A stretch of 64,000 nucleotides of DNA, taken from positions 654 through 64,653 of the forward strand of contig CAVSPW010000008.1 of the NCBI GenBank assembly GCA_963729935.1. Direction: 5' to 3'. This document shows, in pieces, positions 54,066-63,996 of this stretch. The translations under genes were made by a program, and so were the position numbers. The DNA comes from an uncultured Alphaproteobacteria bacterium (GTDB lineage: Bacteria; Pseudomonadota; Alphaproteobacteria; ATCC43930; CGMCC-115725). The notes beneath the pieces were generated by a model. It searched no databases and had not been told where the DNA came from. It was given only the letters and a program-made list of their open reading frames with translations. The first letter of the stretch is position 1. Each line of letters opens with the position of its first letter.

Positions 54066-54238
54066 GTCCGGTCGCCGGCAGCAATCGGATGCAACCGATC
54101 GGGGCAATTGCGCGGCAATCGAGAGCGCCGAACTTCGCATTGCCGCGACGCGCATTCTCTGGCAGCATCGACTAACCAATGTCGGCAACAAAGCCGGCGC
54201 CCGGAACGACGACGTTCTGCGATAGATAGGGAGGTCAC

Positions 54239-55363
54239 ATGCAACGAACGAGAGGATCGCGCTTCGTCTCGCGCGCCGCCGCCTTCTTGGCCGGAGCGGT
54301 CGCGCTCGCTGTGATCGCGGCGGCGCCGAGCGCCGCACCCGCGGCACCCTATTTCCAAGGTAAGACGATCTCGGTGCTGGTCGGCTTCGGCGCGGGCGGC
54401 GGCGTCGACCTCAACGCGCGCATCGTCGCGAACTATCTCGGCAAATACATCCCGGGCAACCCGACCGTGATCGTCAAGAACATGCCCGGCGGCAGCTCGA
54501 CCAAGATGCACAACTACCTCTACGAGGTGGCGAAGGGCGATGGCGAGACCATCGCCTATGGGCCGTGGTTCGCGGTGAGCCAGATCTTGGAGCAGCCCGG
54601 CATCAGGTTCCGCTACGAAGGCTTCACCCTGCTCGGCGCCTGGAACACCGGCACCTACATCATGTATGGGCGCAAGGATCTGGTGCCGGGCGGCATCAAG
54701 GACCCGGTGCAGATCCTGAAGGCCAAGGACCTGAAGGTGGGCGGCCAGAACCCGTTCAACTCCTTCGACCTGCGGATGCGGCTATCCCTCGAGATGTTCG
54801 GCCTGCCCTATATTTATGTCTCGGGCTATCGCGGCTCGTCGGATATCCGCCCCGCGATCCTCAAGGGCGAGGCCAATATCGGCATCGATTCGGTCAGCGG
54901 CTGGAAATCGGTGGTGGAACCCACCATGGTCGAGCCCGGCCAAGTCGTGCCGCTCTGGTCCTTCCCCGACAAGGACGAGAACGGCAATTATCACCAGAGC
55001 AGCTCCGCCTTCGGCATTCCCAACATCATCGAGGTTTATAAGCGCGCTTTCGGAAAAGACCCCTCGGGTCCGAAATGGCAGCTCCTCGATCTCGTCCTCA
55101 CGCTGACCGGGACCGCCTCGCAGCTCCTCTTGGGCCCGCCCAAAATGAACCAGGAAGCGGCCGCCGATATCCGCAAAGGATTCTACGCCATGGCCGCGAA
55201 CAAAGAATTCCTCGCCGATTATCAGAAGCGCTTCGGCAACGAGCCCGTCCCGGTGAGCAAGCAGGCGACCGACAAGGTGATGGACCTTCTGCACAACATC
55301 GATCCCACTCTGAAGGCGCTTTTGAAGGCCCATGTCGAGTCCGGCATGAAGCAGAAGTCCTAA
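54239..55363 (+). CDS. tctC: tripartite tricarboxylate transporter substrate-binding protein (TctC/Bug-like)
   Basis: Signal peptide and GKTISVLVGFGAGGGVDLNARIVANYL...VKNMPGGSS, a Bug-family-like N-terminal pattern. It lies immediately upstream of tctA. Confidence 0.7.
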   Translation: MQRTRGSRFVSRAAAFLAGAVALAVIAAAPSAAPAAPYFQGKTISVLVGFGAGGGVDLNARIVANYLGKYIPGNPTVIVKNMPGGSSTKMHNYLYEVAKGDGETIAYGPWFAVSQILEQPGIRFRYEGFTLLGAWNTGTYIMYGRKDLVPGGIKDPVQILKAKDLKVGGQNPFNSFDLRMRLSLEMFGLPYIYVSGYRGSSDIRPAILKGEANIGIDSVSGWKSVVEPTMVEPGQVVPLWSFPDKDENGNYHQSSSAFGIPNIIEVYKRAFGKDPSGPKWQLLDLVLTLTGTASQLLLGPPKMNQEAAADIRKGFYAMAANKEFLADYQKRFGNEPVPVSKQATDKVMDLLHNIDPTLKALLKAHVESGMKQKS

Positions 55364-55472
55364 GCGCGTGCCCATTGCGGACGGGCGCGACGTTTCCAGG
55401 TCTCGGCAACGTCGGCCGGGGCGCGCGAGGCGTTGCGCGCGGCTCGTGCGCAAGGAGGCGTGAGCGGGCCCG

Positions 55473-57470
55473 ATGTTTCACGCTTTTTTCGACGGGCTGA
55501 TCCTCGTCCTTCATTGGCCAGCGATCGGATTCCTGCTGCTCGGCATGGTGCTGGGCATCTGGCTTGGCGCCGTGCCGGGCCTCGGCGGCATCCTCGGCAT
55601 GGTCGTGCTGCTGCCCTTTACCTTCAACATGGAGCCGGTCTCGGCCTTCGCGCTCCTGCTCGCGCTCTATGCCGTCACCTCGACCAGCGATTCGATCACG
55701 GCCGTGATGCTCGGGATTCCGGGAACCGTCGCATCGCAAGCGACGATCCTCGACGGCTACCCGCTCGCGAAGATGGGTCAAGCCTCGCGCGCGCTCGGCG
55801 CCGCCTTCACCGTCTCGGCCTTCGGGGGCGTGTTCGGAGCGGTGCTGCTGGCCCTCTCGCTCCCGGTGATCGAGCCTTTCATCCTCGCCTTCGGGGCGCC
55901 CGAGATCTTCATGCTCGGCATCATGGGGCTGGTGATGGTCGGGCTCTTGTCAGGCCGCTCGCTCTTGAAGGGGCTGATCGCCGCGCTCTTCGGCATTCTG
56001 CTCTCGACCATCGGCTATGCCGAAAGCGTGGCGGTGCCGCGCTACTGGTTCGGCACGACCTATCTCCTGGACGGCTTGCCGCTGGTGCCGACGGTGCTGG
56101 GCTTCTTCGCCATCCCCGAACTCCTCGACCTCGCGACGCGCAACGTCTCGATCTCCGCGATCCCGAGAGACCAGTCGGGCGGCGGCGGCATCATGGGCGG
56201 CGTGCGCGACGCGTGCCGCCATTGGTGGATCGTGCTGCGCTGCTCGGCGATCGGCACTTATATCGGCATGCTGCCGGGGCTCGGGGCCGCGATCTCGGAT
56301 TGGATCGCCTACGGCCACGTCGTGCAAACCTCGCGCGACAAGTCGCAATTCGGCAAGGGCGACATCCGCGGCGTGATCGCGCCGGAGAGCGCCAACAACT
56401 CGACCCGCGGCGGCGAGCTCATCCCGACCGTCGCCTTCGGCGTTCCGGGCAGCGTTGGCGCCGCGATCTTGCTCGGCGCCCTCGTCATCCAGGGCTTGCG
56501 GCCCGGACCCGATCTGCTGACGACGAAGCTCGACTTCACCTTCTCGCTGGTCTGGACCCTCATTATCGCCAACGTCCTCGCCGCCGGGCTCCTGATGTTA
56601 TGGGCGCGTCAGGTCGCCAAGGTCGCGTTCATCGACGGGCATCTGATCGTCCCCGGCGTCATCTGCTTCGTCTTCATGGGCGCGTGGCTCGGCGGCGCCT
56701 CGTTCGGCGACTGGATCACCTGCTTCGCGATGGGCGCGCTCGGCTATGTGATGAAGAAGGGCGGCTGGGCGCGCCCGCCGCTGGTGCTGGCACTGGTGCT
56801 GGGGCCAATCCTCGAGACCAACTTGCACATCGCGAACCGGTCCTACAGCGGCTATAGCTGGCTCGGCAAGCCGATGGTGCTGGTCCTGCTGACGATCCTC
56901 GTCGTGATGTTCTTCTTCGTCGCGCGCGGCGTGGTGCGCACCATGCGCGAGCAGCGCCACGAACCCGAGGCGCCGACCACCTCCGCGAGCGAGGGCAGCG
57001 AGCGCAATCCGATCCTGTCGCTGCCGCTCGCGATCCTCTTCGTCGTCATCTTCGCCTATGCCGCGCTCGACGCGCTGCAATGGCAGCCCGATATCGCGCA
57101 ATTCCCCATGCTCGCATCGGTGCCGGGCTTCGTCCTCGCGGTCTGGGCCGTGGCGCGCGACGCGGGCGAGCTCAAAGCGAGGGTCCGGCGCTTTGGCAGC
57201 TTTGCCGCCGCCTCGCGCGTCGGCGTCGAGCAGGCGCTCGTCGCGCGCTCGGGCGGGTTCCTGGCCTATCTTCTCGGCCTCTTGCTCTTGGCGCCCGTCG
57301 TCGGGCAGATCGCGGCGCTCACGATCTACGTCGCCGTCTATCTCTGGCGCTGGGGCCACTACCGCTGGATGGTGAGCCTCGGCTATGCCGCCGTTGCGGC
57401 GATCGTGCTCTACGGCTTCTACGACCAGGTGCTCCACATCGAGTGGATGGACAGCCTGCTCTTCGGCTAG
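55473..57470 (+). CDS. tctA: tripartite tricarboxylate transporter permease TctA with a fused C-terminal TctB-like 4-TM module
   Basis: GAVPGLGGILGMVVLLPFTF...LGIPGTVASQATILDGYPLAKMGQ is a TctA signature. At 665 aa the protein is longer than the ~500 aa I recall as typical. The extra ~160 aa contain four hydrophobic helices. Confidence 0.85.
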   Translation: MFHAFFDGLILVLHWPAIGFLLLGMVLGIWLGAVPGLGGILGMVVLLPFTFNMEPVSAFALLLALYAVTSTSDSITAVMLGIPGTVASQATILDGYPLAKMGQASRALGAAFTVSAFGGVFGAVLLALSLPVIEPFILAFGAPEIFMLGIMGLVMVGLLSGRSLLKGLIAALFGILLSTIGYAESVAVPRYWFGTTYLLDGLPLVPTVLGFFAIPELLDLATRNVSISAIPRDQSGGGGIMGGVRDACRHWWIVLRCSAIGTYIGMLPGLGAAISDWIAYGHVVQTSRDKSQFGKGDIRGVIAPESANNSTRGGELIPTVAFGVPGSVGAAILLGALVIQGLRPGPDLLTTKLDFTFSLVWTLIIANVLAAGLLMLWARQVAKVAFIDGHLIVPGVICFVFMGAWLGGASFGDWITCFAMGALGYVMKKGGWARPPLVLALVLGPILETNLHIANRSYSGYSWLGKPMVLVLLTILVVMFFFVARGVVRTMREQRHEPEAPTTSASEGSERNPILSLPLAILFVVIFAYAALDALQWQPDIAQFPMLASVPGFVLAVWAVARDAGELKARVRRFGSFAAASRVGVEQALVARSGGFLAYLLGLLLLAPVVGQIAALTIYVAVYLWRWGHYRWMVSLGYAAVAAIVLYGFYDQVLHIEWMDSLLFG

Positions 57471-57744
57471 CGCCGACGCGGCGCGTCCTCGCCGGCGCCC
57501 TCGACAGTTCGGGCCGGCGAGGTTGCCGGCTTCATGGTCGTGCGATCGTCCGCAATCTCGGCGGCGGCCTGAGGACGCCGGCGATGCGCGAGCCGGCCGA
57601 GATCGCGTGTGGCCGCCACGGCCGCGCCTTGGCGCGCAAGGCGAATTGGGCCATAATTGGATAAGTTCGATCGGCGGCCGGAAACCGCCCGATCCACGAG
57701 CGGAGGATACCACACGAGACGTGGTCTATTGGCCGGCCTGCGCG

Positions 57745-57806
57745 GCGCGGATTTTTCACGAGACTGCGCAAGCGCGACCGGAGCCGCCCAGGCAGCAAAG
57801 CGGCAC
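57745..57806 (+). promoter_or_regulatory. possible SAM-II (SAM_alpha) riboswitch in the metY leader
   Basis: A GCGGAUUUUU tract is followed about 45 nt later by GCAGCAAAGCGGCAC. GCCGC (57782-57786) could pair with GCGGC (57799-57803) as a pseudoknot. The call rests on memory of the CGAUUU...AAAGC consensus and has not been validated. Confidence 0.3.
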
Positions 57807-57828
57807 GAAACAACGGGGAGACGAGACC

Positions 57829-59121
57829 ATGCCGACCAAGAGCCAACACGCCGAGACCATCGTCCTTCACGCCGGCTATCGCAGCGATCCCGCGACCACC
57901 GCCGTCGCCGTGCCGATCTATCAGACGACCTCGTACCAGTTCAACTCGACCGAGCACGCCGCCAATCTCTTCGCGCTCAAGGAATTGGGCAACATCTACA
58001 CCCGCATCATGAACCCGACCCAGGCCGTGCTCGAAGAGCGGCTGGCCGCGCTCGAAGGCGGCGTGGCGGCGCTGGCGCTCTCTTCGGGCCAATCGGCCTC
58101 GCTGATCGCGGTGCAGAACATCTGCCATGCCGGCGACAATTTCGTCTGCTCGACCGACATCTATGGCGGCACCTGGAACCTCTTCAAGAACACGATGGCG
58201 ACGATGGGGATCGAGTGCCGCTTCGTCGATCCGGCCGATCCCGAGAATTTCCGCCGCGCGACCGACGCCAGGACGCGCTGCTATTACGGCGAGACCTTGC
58301 CCAATCCGAAGCTCGCGGTCTTTCCGATCGCCGAGATCGCCAAGATCGGCCGCGAGATCGGCGTCCCCCTCATCGTCGACAACACCGCGGCGCCCGTCCT
58401 GTGTCAGCCGATCAAGCACGGCGCGGCCGTTTCCATGCTGTCGACGACGAAATATATCGGCGGCCACGGCACCTCGATCGGCGGCATCATCGTCGATGGC
58501 GGCAATTTCGACTGGGAAAAGCACGCCGCGCGCTTCCCGATGCTGAATACGCCCGATCCGAGCTATCACGGCGCGATCTGGACGCAAGCCGTGAAGCCCT
58601 TGGGGCCGATCGCCTATATCATCAAGGCGCGGGTGACCCTGCTGCGTGATGTCGGCGCGGCCATGTCGCCCTTCAACGCCTTCATGTTCATCCAGGGGCT
58701 CGAGACCTTGCCGCTGCGGATGCGCGAGCATTGCCGCAACGCCGAGGCCGTGGCGGCGCATCTCTCCAAGCACAAGAAGATCGCCAAGGTGATCTATCCG
58801 AACCTCATGTCCGGCGAGGCCAAGCGCCGCGCCGATGCCTATCTCGGCGGCCGCTATGGCGCGCTGGTCGGATTTGAATTGAAAGGCGGGCGCGAGGCCG
58901 GGCGCCGTTTCATCGAGGGGCTGGAGATGTTCTATCACGTGGCGAATATCGGCGATGCGCGCTCGCTCGCGATCCATCCCGCCTCGACGACGCATTCGCA
59001 ATTGACGCCCGAAGAGCAGGCGCAAAGCGGCGTCTCCGACAGCTATGTGCGCCTCTCGATCGGGCTCGAGCATATCGACGACATCATCGCCGATCTCGAT
59101 CAGGCGCTCGAAAAGGCGTAA
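57829..59121 (+). CDS. metY: O-acetylhomoserine aminocarboxypropyltransferase/sulfhydrylase (PLP-dependent)
   Basis: TIVLHAGY..DP.T.AVAVPIYQTTSYQF, IYTRIMNPT, the STTKYIGGHG PLP-lysine region and VRLSIGLEH. Confidence 0.9.
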   Translation: MPTKSQHAETIVLHAGYRSDPATTAVAVPIYQTTSYQFNSTEHAANLFALKELGNIYTRIMNPTQAVLEERLAALEGGVAALALSSGQSASLIAVQNICHAGDNFVCSTDIYGGTWNLFKNTMATMGIECRFVDPADPENFRRATDARTRCYYGETLPNPKLAVFPIAEIAKIGREIGVPLIVDNTAAPVLCQPIKHGAAVSMLSTTKYIGGHGTSIGGIIVDGGNFDWEKHAARFPMLNTPDPSYHGAIWTQAVKPLGPIAYIIKARVTLLRDVGAAMSPFNAFMFIQGLETLPLRMREHCRNAEAVAAHLSKHKKIAKVIYPNLMSGEAKRRADAYLGGRYGALVGFELKGGREAGRRFIEGLEMFYHVANIGDARSLAIHPASTTHSQLTPEEQAQSGVSDSYVRLSIGLEHIDDIIADLDQALEKA

Positions 59122-59154
59122 GCGCGCGCGGCCCGCACGCGCTTTTGTCGCGCG

Positions 59155-59949
59155 TCAGGGCCCGCGATAGGGGAACTCCGTCGGCCGGTATTCGTCGTCG
59201 GTCGCCGCCGCGGTGACGTAGCCGCCGTCGCAATAGAGGATCGAGCCCGTCACCCAATCCGAATCCGGGGTGGCGAGGAAAATGGCTGGGCCGACGATGT
59301 CCTCCTCGCGTCCCAACCGCCCCATCGGCAGGCGCCGCAAACGCTCGGCCTTGGCGGAGGCACTGTAGGGCGTGGCGTCGGTCGCGCCGCGCGCGAGCGC
59401 CGTGCAGTTGATCTTGTACGGGCCGAGCGCTTGCGCCATCGCGGCGGTCAGGCTGTTGACGCCGCCCCGCGCCGAGCCCCACGGCACCGCCTGGCCCGAG
59501 CCCAGCGCGCCGACGATGGAGGTGACGTTGATGATCTTCCCGCCCTTGCCGCGGCGCGCCATCTCCTTGCCGAAATGCTGGCAGGTGAGGAAATAGGCCT
59601 TGAGGCCGCGATCGAGCGCCTTGTCCCAATCCTGCTCGCGGCATTCGAAGATTTTCCCATGCCAGCCGCCTTGGGTCGTGTTGACCAGGATGTCGACGCC
59701 GTCGAGCTTGGCCAGCACGTCCTTCACCATGGCGGCGGCGTCCTCGCCGCGCGTGAGATCATAAAGACCGGTGAAGACGCGCCGGCCCGATTTACCCACG
59801 GCCTCGGCGACCCTGGCGAGCTTGGCTTCGTTCTCGGCGAAGTCGTGCAGATAGAGCTCCGCCCCTTCCCGCGCATAGCCCAAAGCGATGGCCTTGCCGA
59901 ATTCCGTGCCTGCGCCGGTGATGACCGCGATTTTCTTTTCGAGCCTCAT
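59155..59949 (-). CDS. SDR family oxidoreductase
   Basis: KIAVITGAGTEFGKAIA is the TGxxxGxG motif. NVTSIVG and the Y-x3-K-equivalent region are also present. Confidence 0.85.
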   Translation of the reverse strand: MRLEKKIAVITGAGTEFGKAIALGYAREGAELYLHDFAENEAKLARVAEAVGKSGRRVFTGLYDLTRGEDAAAMVKDVLAKLDGVDILVNTTQGGWHGKIFECREQDWDKALDRGLKAYFLTCQHFGKEMARRGKGGKIINVTSIVGALGSGQAVPWGSARGGVNSLTAAMAQALGPYKINCTALARGATDATPYSASAKAERLRRLPMGRLGREEDIVGPAIFLATPDSDWVTGSILYCDGGYVTAAATDDEYRPTEFPYRGP

Positions 59950-60114
59950 ATCCTCCCCCCGCTTCGATGTCGTGTTCTCTCGACTGTGCGCGCACTCGCG
60001 GCCCCGAGTCCAGCCGCAATCGACGCCGCTTCGCGGCATTGCGATTGACCCGCGGCCGCGGGAGGGGCTAGCCTTCTGAACGCCAAGAAGCAAAACGAAC
60101 CGGGAGGAAGACCG

Positions 60115-61125
60115 ATGAGCGTGCGAAGGATTGCCGTCGCATTGACCCTAGGAGCGGCCGCGCTTCTCGCCGCGGAGGGTCGCGCGGCGGCGCTCGACAA
60201 GGTGAAAGTGACGATCGCCGCGCTGTCCAGCAATTACGCGCCCTATTTCAACGCTGTCGAGCAGGGCTATTTCAAGGACGAAGGGCTGGATGTCGAGATC
60301 GTCAATGCGGGCGGCGGCATCGCCACCCCGGCGCTGATCTCGGGCGAGATGCAGTTCAGCACGTCGCCGGCCTCGGCCTTCAGCGCGATTCTGAAGGGCG
60401 CGCGCCTCAAGGTCATCGTGGCCGAGGCCGACCGTCCGACCTATCAGCTCTGGACCACCGCCGCCGACCTCGACACGATCCAGAAGCTCAAGGGCCAAAG
60501 GGTCGGCATTCAAACGCGCGGCGACACGTTCGAGATCTGGATGCGCCTTGTCCTCAAAGCGCATGGCATGAGCGGCGACGATGTCGGCTACACGCCGCTC
60601 GGATTCGGAAACGCCACCAGGCTTGCCGCGATGAAGACCGGATCGCTGCCGGCCGTCGTCATGTCCTCTCTCGACGTGGCGGCGCTTCGCCAAGGGGGCG
60701 GGCTGGGCAAGGGACACCTGCTGGAAGACGCGATGAAGGACCGCATCCGCATGCCCTATAACGGCGTCGCCACCAGCGACGCGCTGATCAAGGAGAATCC
60801 GGATCTCGTGCTGCGTTTCGTCCGCGCCGTCTTGAAGGGGACGCGCTTCATGACCGCCTTCAAGGACAAGACCCTCGCCAATGTGATGAAATACAACAAG
60901 CAGGACCGTCATTCGATCGAGATCGACTATGATGACGTCGTGAGGACCTTGACCAAGGACGGCTCGGTTCCGCCTTCGGTGCAGCAGGCGGAGGCCGAGA
61001 CCCGGGCCGAGCTCATGCAGCTTCCGAAGGACAAGATCCCGCCGCTCGCGCAGATGTACGATTTCAGCTTCGTGCACAAGGCCAGCGCGAGCCTCGACGC
61101 GCAGGGTTGGCATCCGAAGCTTTGA
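60115..61125 (+). CDS. ABC-type substrate-binding protein, NMT1/THI5-like, orphan (third in window)
   Basis: Signal peptide, KVKVTIAALSSNYAPYFNAVEQGYFKDEGLDVEIV and GQRVGIQTRGD. Confidence 0.75.
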   Translation: MSVRRIAVALTLGAAALLAAEGRAAALDKVKVTIAALSSNYAPYFNAVEQGYFKDEGLDVEIVNAGGGIATPALISGEMQFSTSPASAFSAILKGARLKVIVAEADRPTYQLWTTAADLDTIQKLKGQRVGIQTRGDTFEIWMRLVLKAHGMSGDDVGYTPLGFGNATRLAAMKTGSLPAVVMSSLDVAALRQGGGLGKGHLLEDAMKDRIRMPYNGVATSDALIKENPDLVLRFVRAVLKGTRFMTAFKDKTLANVMKYNKQDRHSIEIDYDDVVRTLTKDGSVPPSVQQAEAETRAELMQLPKDKIPPLAQMYDFSFVHKASASLDAQGWHPKL

Positions 61126-61169
61126 GCGGGCTTGCATCCTCGCATAGGGCTTCACATCGGAGGTGGCAT

Positions 61170-61793
61170 TTGATCAAGGTCTGGGGCGGAAAATCGGTCG
61201 CCAATGTTCAGAAGGTGCTCTGGTGTCTCGGCGAGATCGGATTGGCGTTCGACTATGGCGGCAAGACGCCGGAGCATTCTTCGCCGGCGGATGCGCGCTA
61301 TCTGGCCCACAAGGCGCCCGGATCCGTGCCGGTGATGGACGAGGACGGTTTCGTCCTGTGGGAAGGCAACGCGATCGCGCGATATCTGGCGAAGAAATAC
61401 GCGGCCGGAACGCTGTGGCCCTCGGGGATACGGCAAGAAGCCGAAATCGACCGCTGGATGGATTACCAGCTCAGCACCGTGCGCGAGCACATCCACCCGA
61501 TCCTGCGCGCCGACCTGACGCCGGCTCAGATCGCGCATCACGCGCGAAGCCTGGCGGCCGCCTTCGAGCCGCTCGAAGGCGCGCTCGCCGATCGGCCCTA
61601 TCTCGCGGGCGAGAGCTTCACCGTGGCGGACATACCGCTCGGCATCAACGCCTATCGCTGGTTCATTCTCGATGTCGAGCGGCCGCGCGCGCCCCATATC
61701 GAAGCGTGGTACCAGCGGCTGCGCGCGCGGCCGGCCTTTGTCGCGCATGTCGTGCCGCCGGCGGCGGTGAAGGTCGAGCTCAAACTCGATTGA
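61170..61793 (+). CDS. glutathione S-transferase family protein
   Basis: VPVMDEDGFVLWEGNAIARYLAKKY is the GST N-terminal G-site, and the C-terminal helical domain has FTVADIPLG. TTG start with SD GGAGGTGG. Confidence 0.8.
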   Translation: MIKVWGGKSVANVQKVLWCLGEIGLAFDYGGKTPEHSSPADARYLAHKAPGSVPVMDEDGFVLWEGNAIARYLAKKYAAGTLWPSGIRQEAEIDRWMDYQLSTVREHIHPILRADLTPAQIAHHARSLAAAFEPLEGALADRPYLAGESFTVADIPLGINAYRWFILDVERPRAPHIEAWYQRLRARPAFVAHVVPPAAVKVELKLD

Positions 61794-61808
61794 TGCGCCG
61801 CGGCGGAG

Positions 61809-63011
61809 TCAGGCCGACTGCGCCAGAGACATCTCGCGCGTGCCGAGCCTTTCGCCGCCGCGCGGGGTCACCAAGACCGTGTCGCCGATCTGCGCGGAAA
61901 GGCCGCCGGCGCCGCGTGCCCGCGGCTTCAGGATGAAGCTCATGCCTTCGCGGAGCTCGAGCCGGCGGAAGCGCTCGAGATCGTCGTCGCCGAGCAAGGC
62001 CGGGCTTTCGTCGCCGAGCCCGCGCGCATGCATCATGGGATGCGCCCATTTGTATTGTCCGCGCCCGGAGGTTTCGACGGTCTGCGTATAGACATCCATG
62101 AGCTTGCCCAAGGGCGTGCCCGGGATCATGACCTCGCGGACCGCCTCGAAGGCGTCGCGCGCGACCCTCAGCAGATCGAGATAAGCCTCGCTCGCCGGGC
62201 CGATGCTCATCGGAGCGACAGCCTGGGCGGAATAGCCGGCGTAGCGCGCCTCGATCTCGTTCGCCAAGAGATCGCCGCGCTTCAACACGCGATCGGTCGG
62301 GACGAATTGGCCGTGCGAGACGTTCGGCCCGGAGCCGAAGATCAGCATCGAAGGCTGCTCGCCGCCATTCGACAACAGCGCATGCACCATCGCGGCGTAG
62401 ACGTCGCGCTCGCGCACGCCGGGCTTGGCGGTCTCGATCATGGCGGCGATCATCGTCTCGATGATGCGCGCCGAGCGCCGCATGAGCGCGATCTCCTCCG
62501 CGCTCTTGACCGAGCGGACCTCCTGGATGAGGCGCGTCGCGTCGGTGAATTCGGCGTCGGGGAACGCCGCTTTGAGGCGCTCGACGGTCGTCCAGGGGAT
62601 GATGCCGTCCGGCGCCCGGATGAGTTCGGCAAGCCCCGAGATGCCGACCCGCTTGAGCGGCGCCGCGCACTCGCGCAGCCGTTCGATCGCGTTCTCCGCC
62701 CAGTGGTTGCGCCCGTCGCGCACATCCGCGACCCAGTCCTGCGCCGCGAGCCAGAAGGCCGAGCGGTTGAAGACATAGGCCGTGACCTCGCCCGAGCGCG
62801 GAAAGATGGTGAGCGTCTCGGTGCCGAAGCCGCCGATGGTCGTGATGTAACGGGAGTCCGCCATCATCTGCTCCCAGCGGCTGACATTCGCCGGGAGAAC
62901 GAGAGCGTCGAGGCCCTCGCGGTCCATGAGCTCGCGCACGCGCCGATAGCGCCGGTCGCGCTCGGCCAGGCTGAGGCGAGGAATTTCGACCGTCTCGCGC
63001 GCGACCGTCAT
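61809..63011 (-). CDS. M24 family metallopeptidase (creatinase/Xaa-Pro aminopeptidase-like)
   Basis: The N-terminal creatinase-like domain (LDALVLPAN) is followed by a pita-bread domain (SAEEIALMRRSARI..., GDLLANEIEARYAGYSAQ, VLVTPRGGERL). Confidence 0.8.
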   Translation of the reverse strand: MTVARETVEIPRLSLAERDRRYRRVRELMDREGLDALVLPANVSRWEQMMADSRYITTIGGFGTETLTIFPRSGEVTAYVFNRSAFWLAAQDWVADVRDGRNHWAENAIERLRECAAPLKRVGISGLAELIRAPDGIIPWTTVERLKAAFPDAEFTDATRLIQEVRSVKSAEEIALMRRSARIIETMIAAMIETAKPGVRERDVYAAMVHALLSNGGEQPSMLIFGSGPNVSHGQFVPTDRVLKRGDLLANEIEARYAGYSAQAVAPMSIGPASEAYLDLLRVARDAFEAVREVMIPGTPLGKLMDVYTQTVETSGRGQYKWAHPMMHARGLGDESPALLGDDDLERFRRLELREGMSFILKPRARGAGGLSAQIGDTVLVTPRGGERLGTREMSLAQSA

Positions 63012-63048
63012 GCGCGGCCGCGCGCGATGAGCTTCGTGAGCAACGCGG

Positions 63049-63996
63049 TCATTCGGCCGCGTTCGCCCAGAATTTCGGCGCCTCGATGACGTTGGTCTTG
63101 ACCTCGAAGCTGCTGGCATAGGCGTGGTTGGTCGGATCGATTTTCACGTCCCAGGGCAGCTTGCTGTAGAGAACGATGCGCAGGAAATTCTCCTCGCAGA
63201 TCACGCTGTGCGCGATGCCGAGCGGGATCAACGCGAGATCGCCCGGCGTCATCTTGAGATTGTGCTCGAACTCCGACATGTTGACGGCGTTGCCGCGGAA
63301 CTGAAAACCGAATTCCTCGCTGCGCAGCGCGCGGTGGAAGGCGAATTGCTCGCCATTGGTGTTGTAGACCTCGGCCACGAAATAGCGCGATTCGGCGAGC
63401 TTGGGCCCGGGCCCGCGGCGCCCCGTGATCTCGGTGAAGAAGTCGAAGGCGCGGATTTTGGTGATGCCGCTCTTGGCGACGTCGCGCTGCAGGCTGCTCG
63501 CGCCCACCAGCACGTCATAGTTGCGCCGGACGGTGGTGTAGTATTCGGGCGTGTCGCGCCAGCAGATCATCTTCTCGATCACCTCGCCCTTGGGCGGCGC
63601 GATTTCGACCGCGCGGCCGGCCCAGTCCGGTCCACCGCGGCGAATGACCTCGTATTCGACATGGCTCTCATGCGCGTCGGGCGAATGGATGTGGGTCAGC
63701 GGCTCGTTCAAATAGGCGAAGAGGCGCGCGCAATCCGCGGTGCCGCTGCTGCGATGCGCGATGCCGGCGGGAATGTGCAGCAACTCGCCGGGCTTCACCT
63801 CGTAGACGCCGAATTCCGTCTCGATGACGGAGCGGCCGCTGAACTGGAAGAAGAGCGCGTCGAAGTCGATATAGCGCACGAAATTCGGGCGCGTCCCCGT
63901 GACGTATTCGACGCCGATGCGCTGATCGCTGTTCTCGAAGATGACGGTCGACTGGTTGGGCTCAGTCAACATGTCGAAGGGCCGGAAGCCCGGCAC
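63049..63996 (-). CDS. bicupin-like protein of unknown function; 5' end at or near the window edge
   Basis: Two cupin-type barrels (GELLHIPAGIAHRS and GDLALIPLGIAHSV). The possible starts are a GTG at 63996 or an ATG at 63972. Confidence 0.55.
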   Translation of the reverse strand: MPGFRPFDMLTEPNQSTVIFENSDQRIGVEYVTGTRPNFVRYIDFDALFFQFSGRSVIETEFGVYEVKPGELLHIPAGIAHRSSGTADCARLFAYLNEPLTHIHSPDAHESHVEYEVIRRGGPDWAGRAVEIAPPKGEVIEKMICWRDTPEYYTTVRRNYDVLVGASSLQRDVAKSGITKIRAFDFFTEITGRRGPGPKLAESRYFVAEVYNTNGEQFAFHRALRSEEFGFQFRGNAVNMSEFEHNLKMTPGDLALIPLGIAHSVICEENFLRIVLYSKLPWDVKIDPTNHAYASSFEVKTNVIEAPKFWANAAE

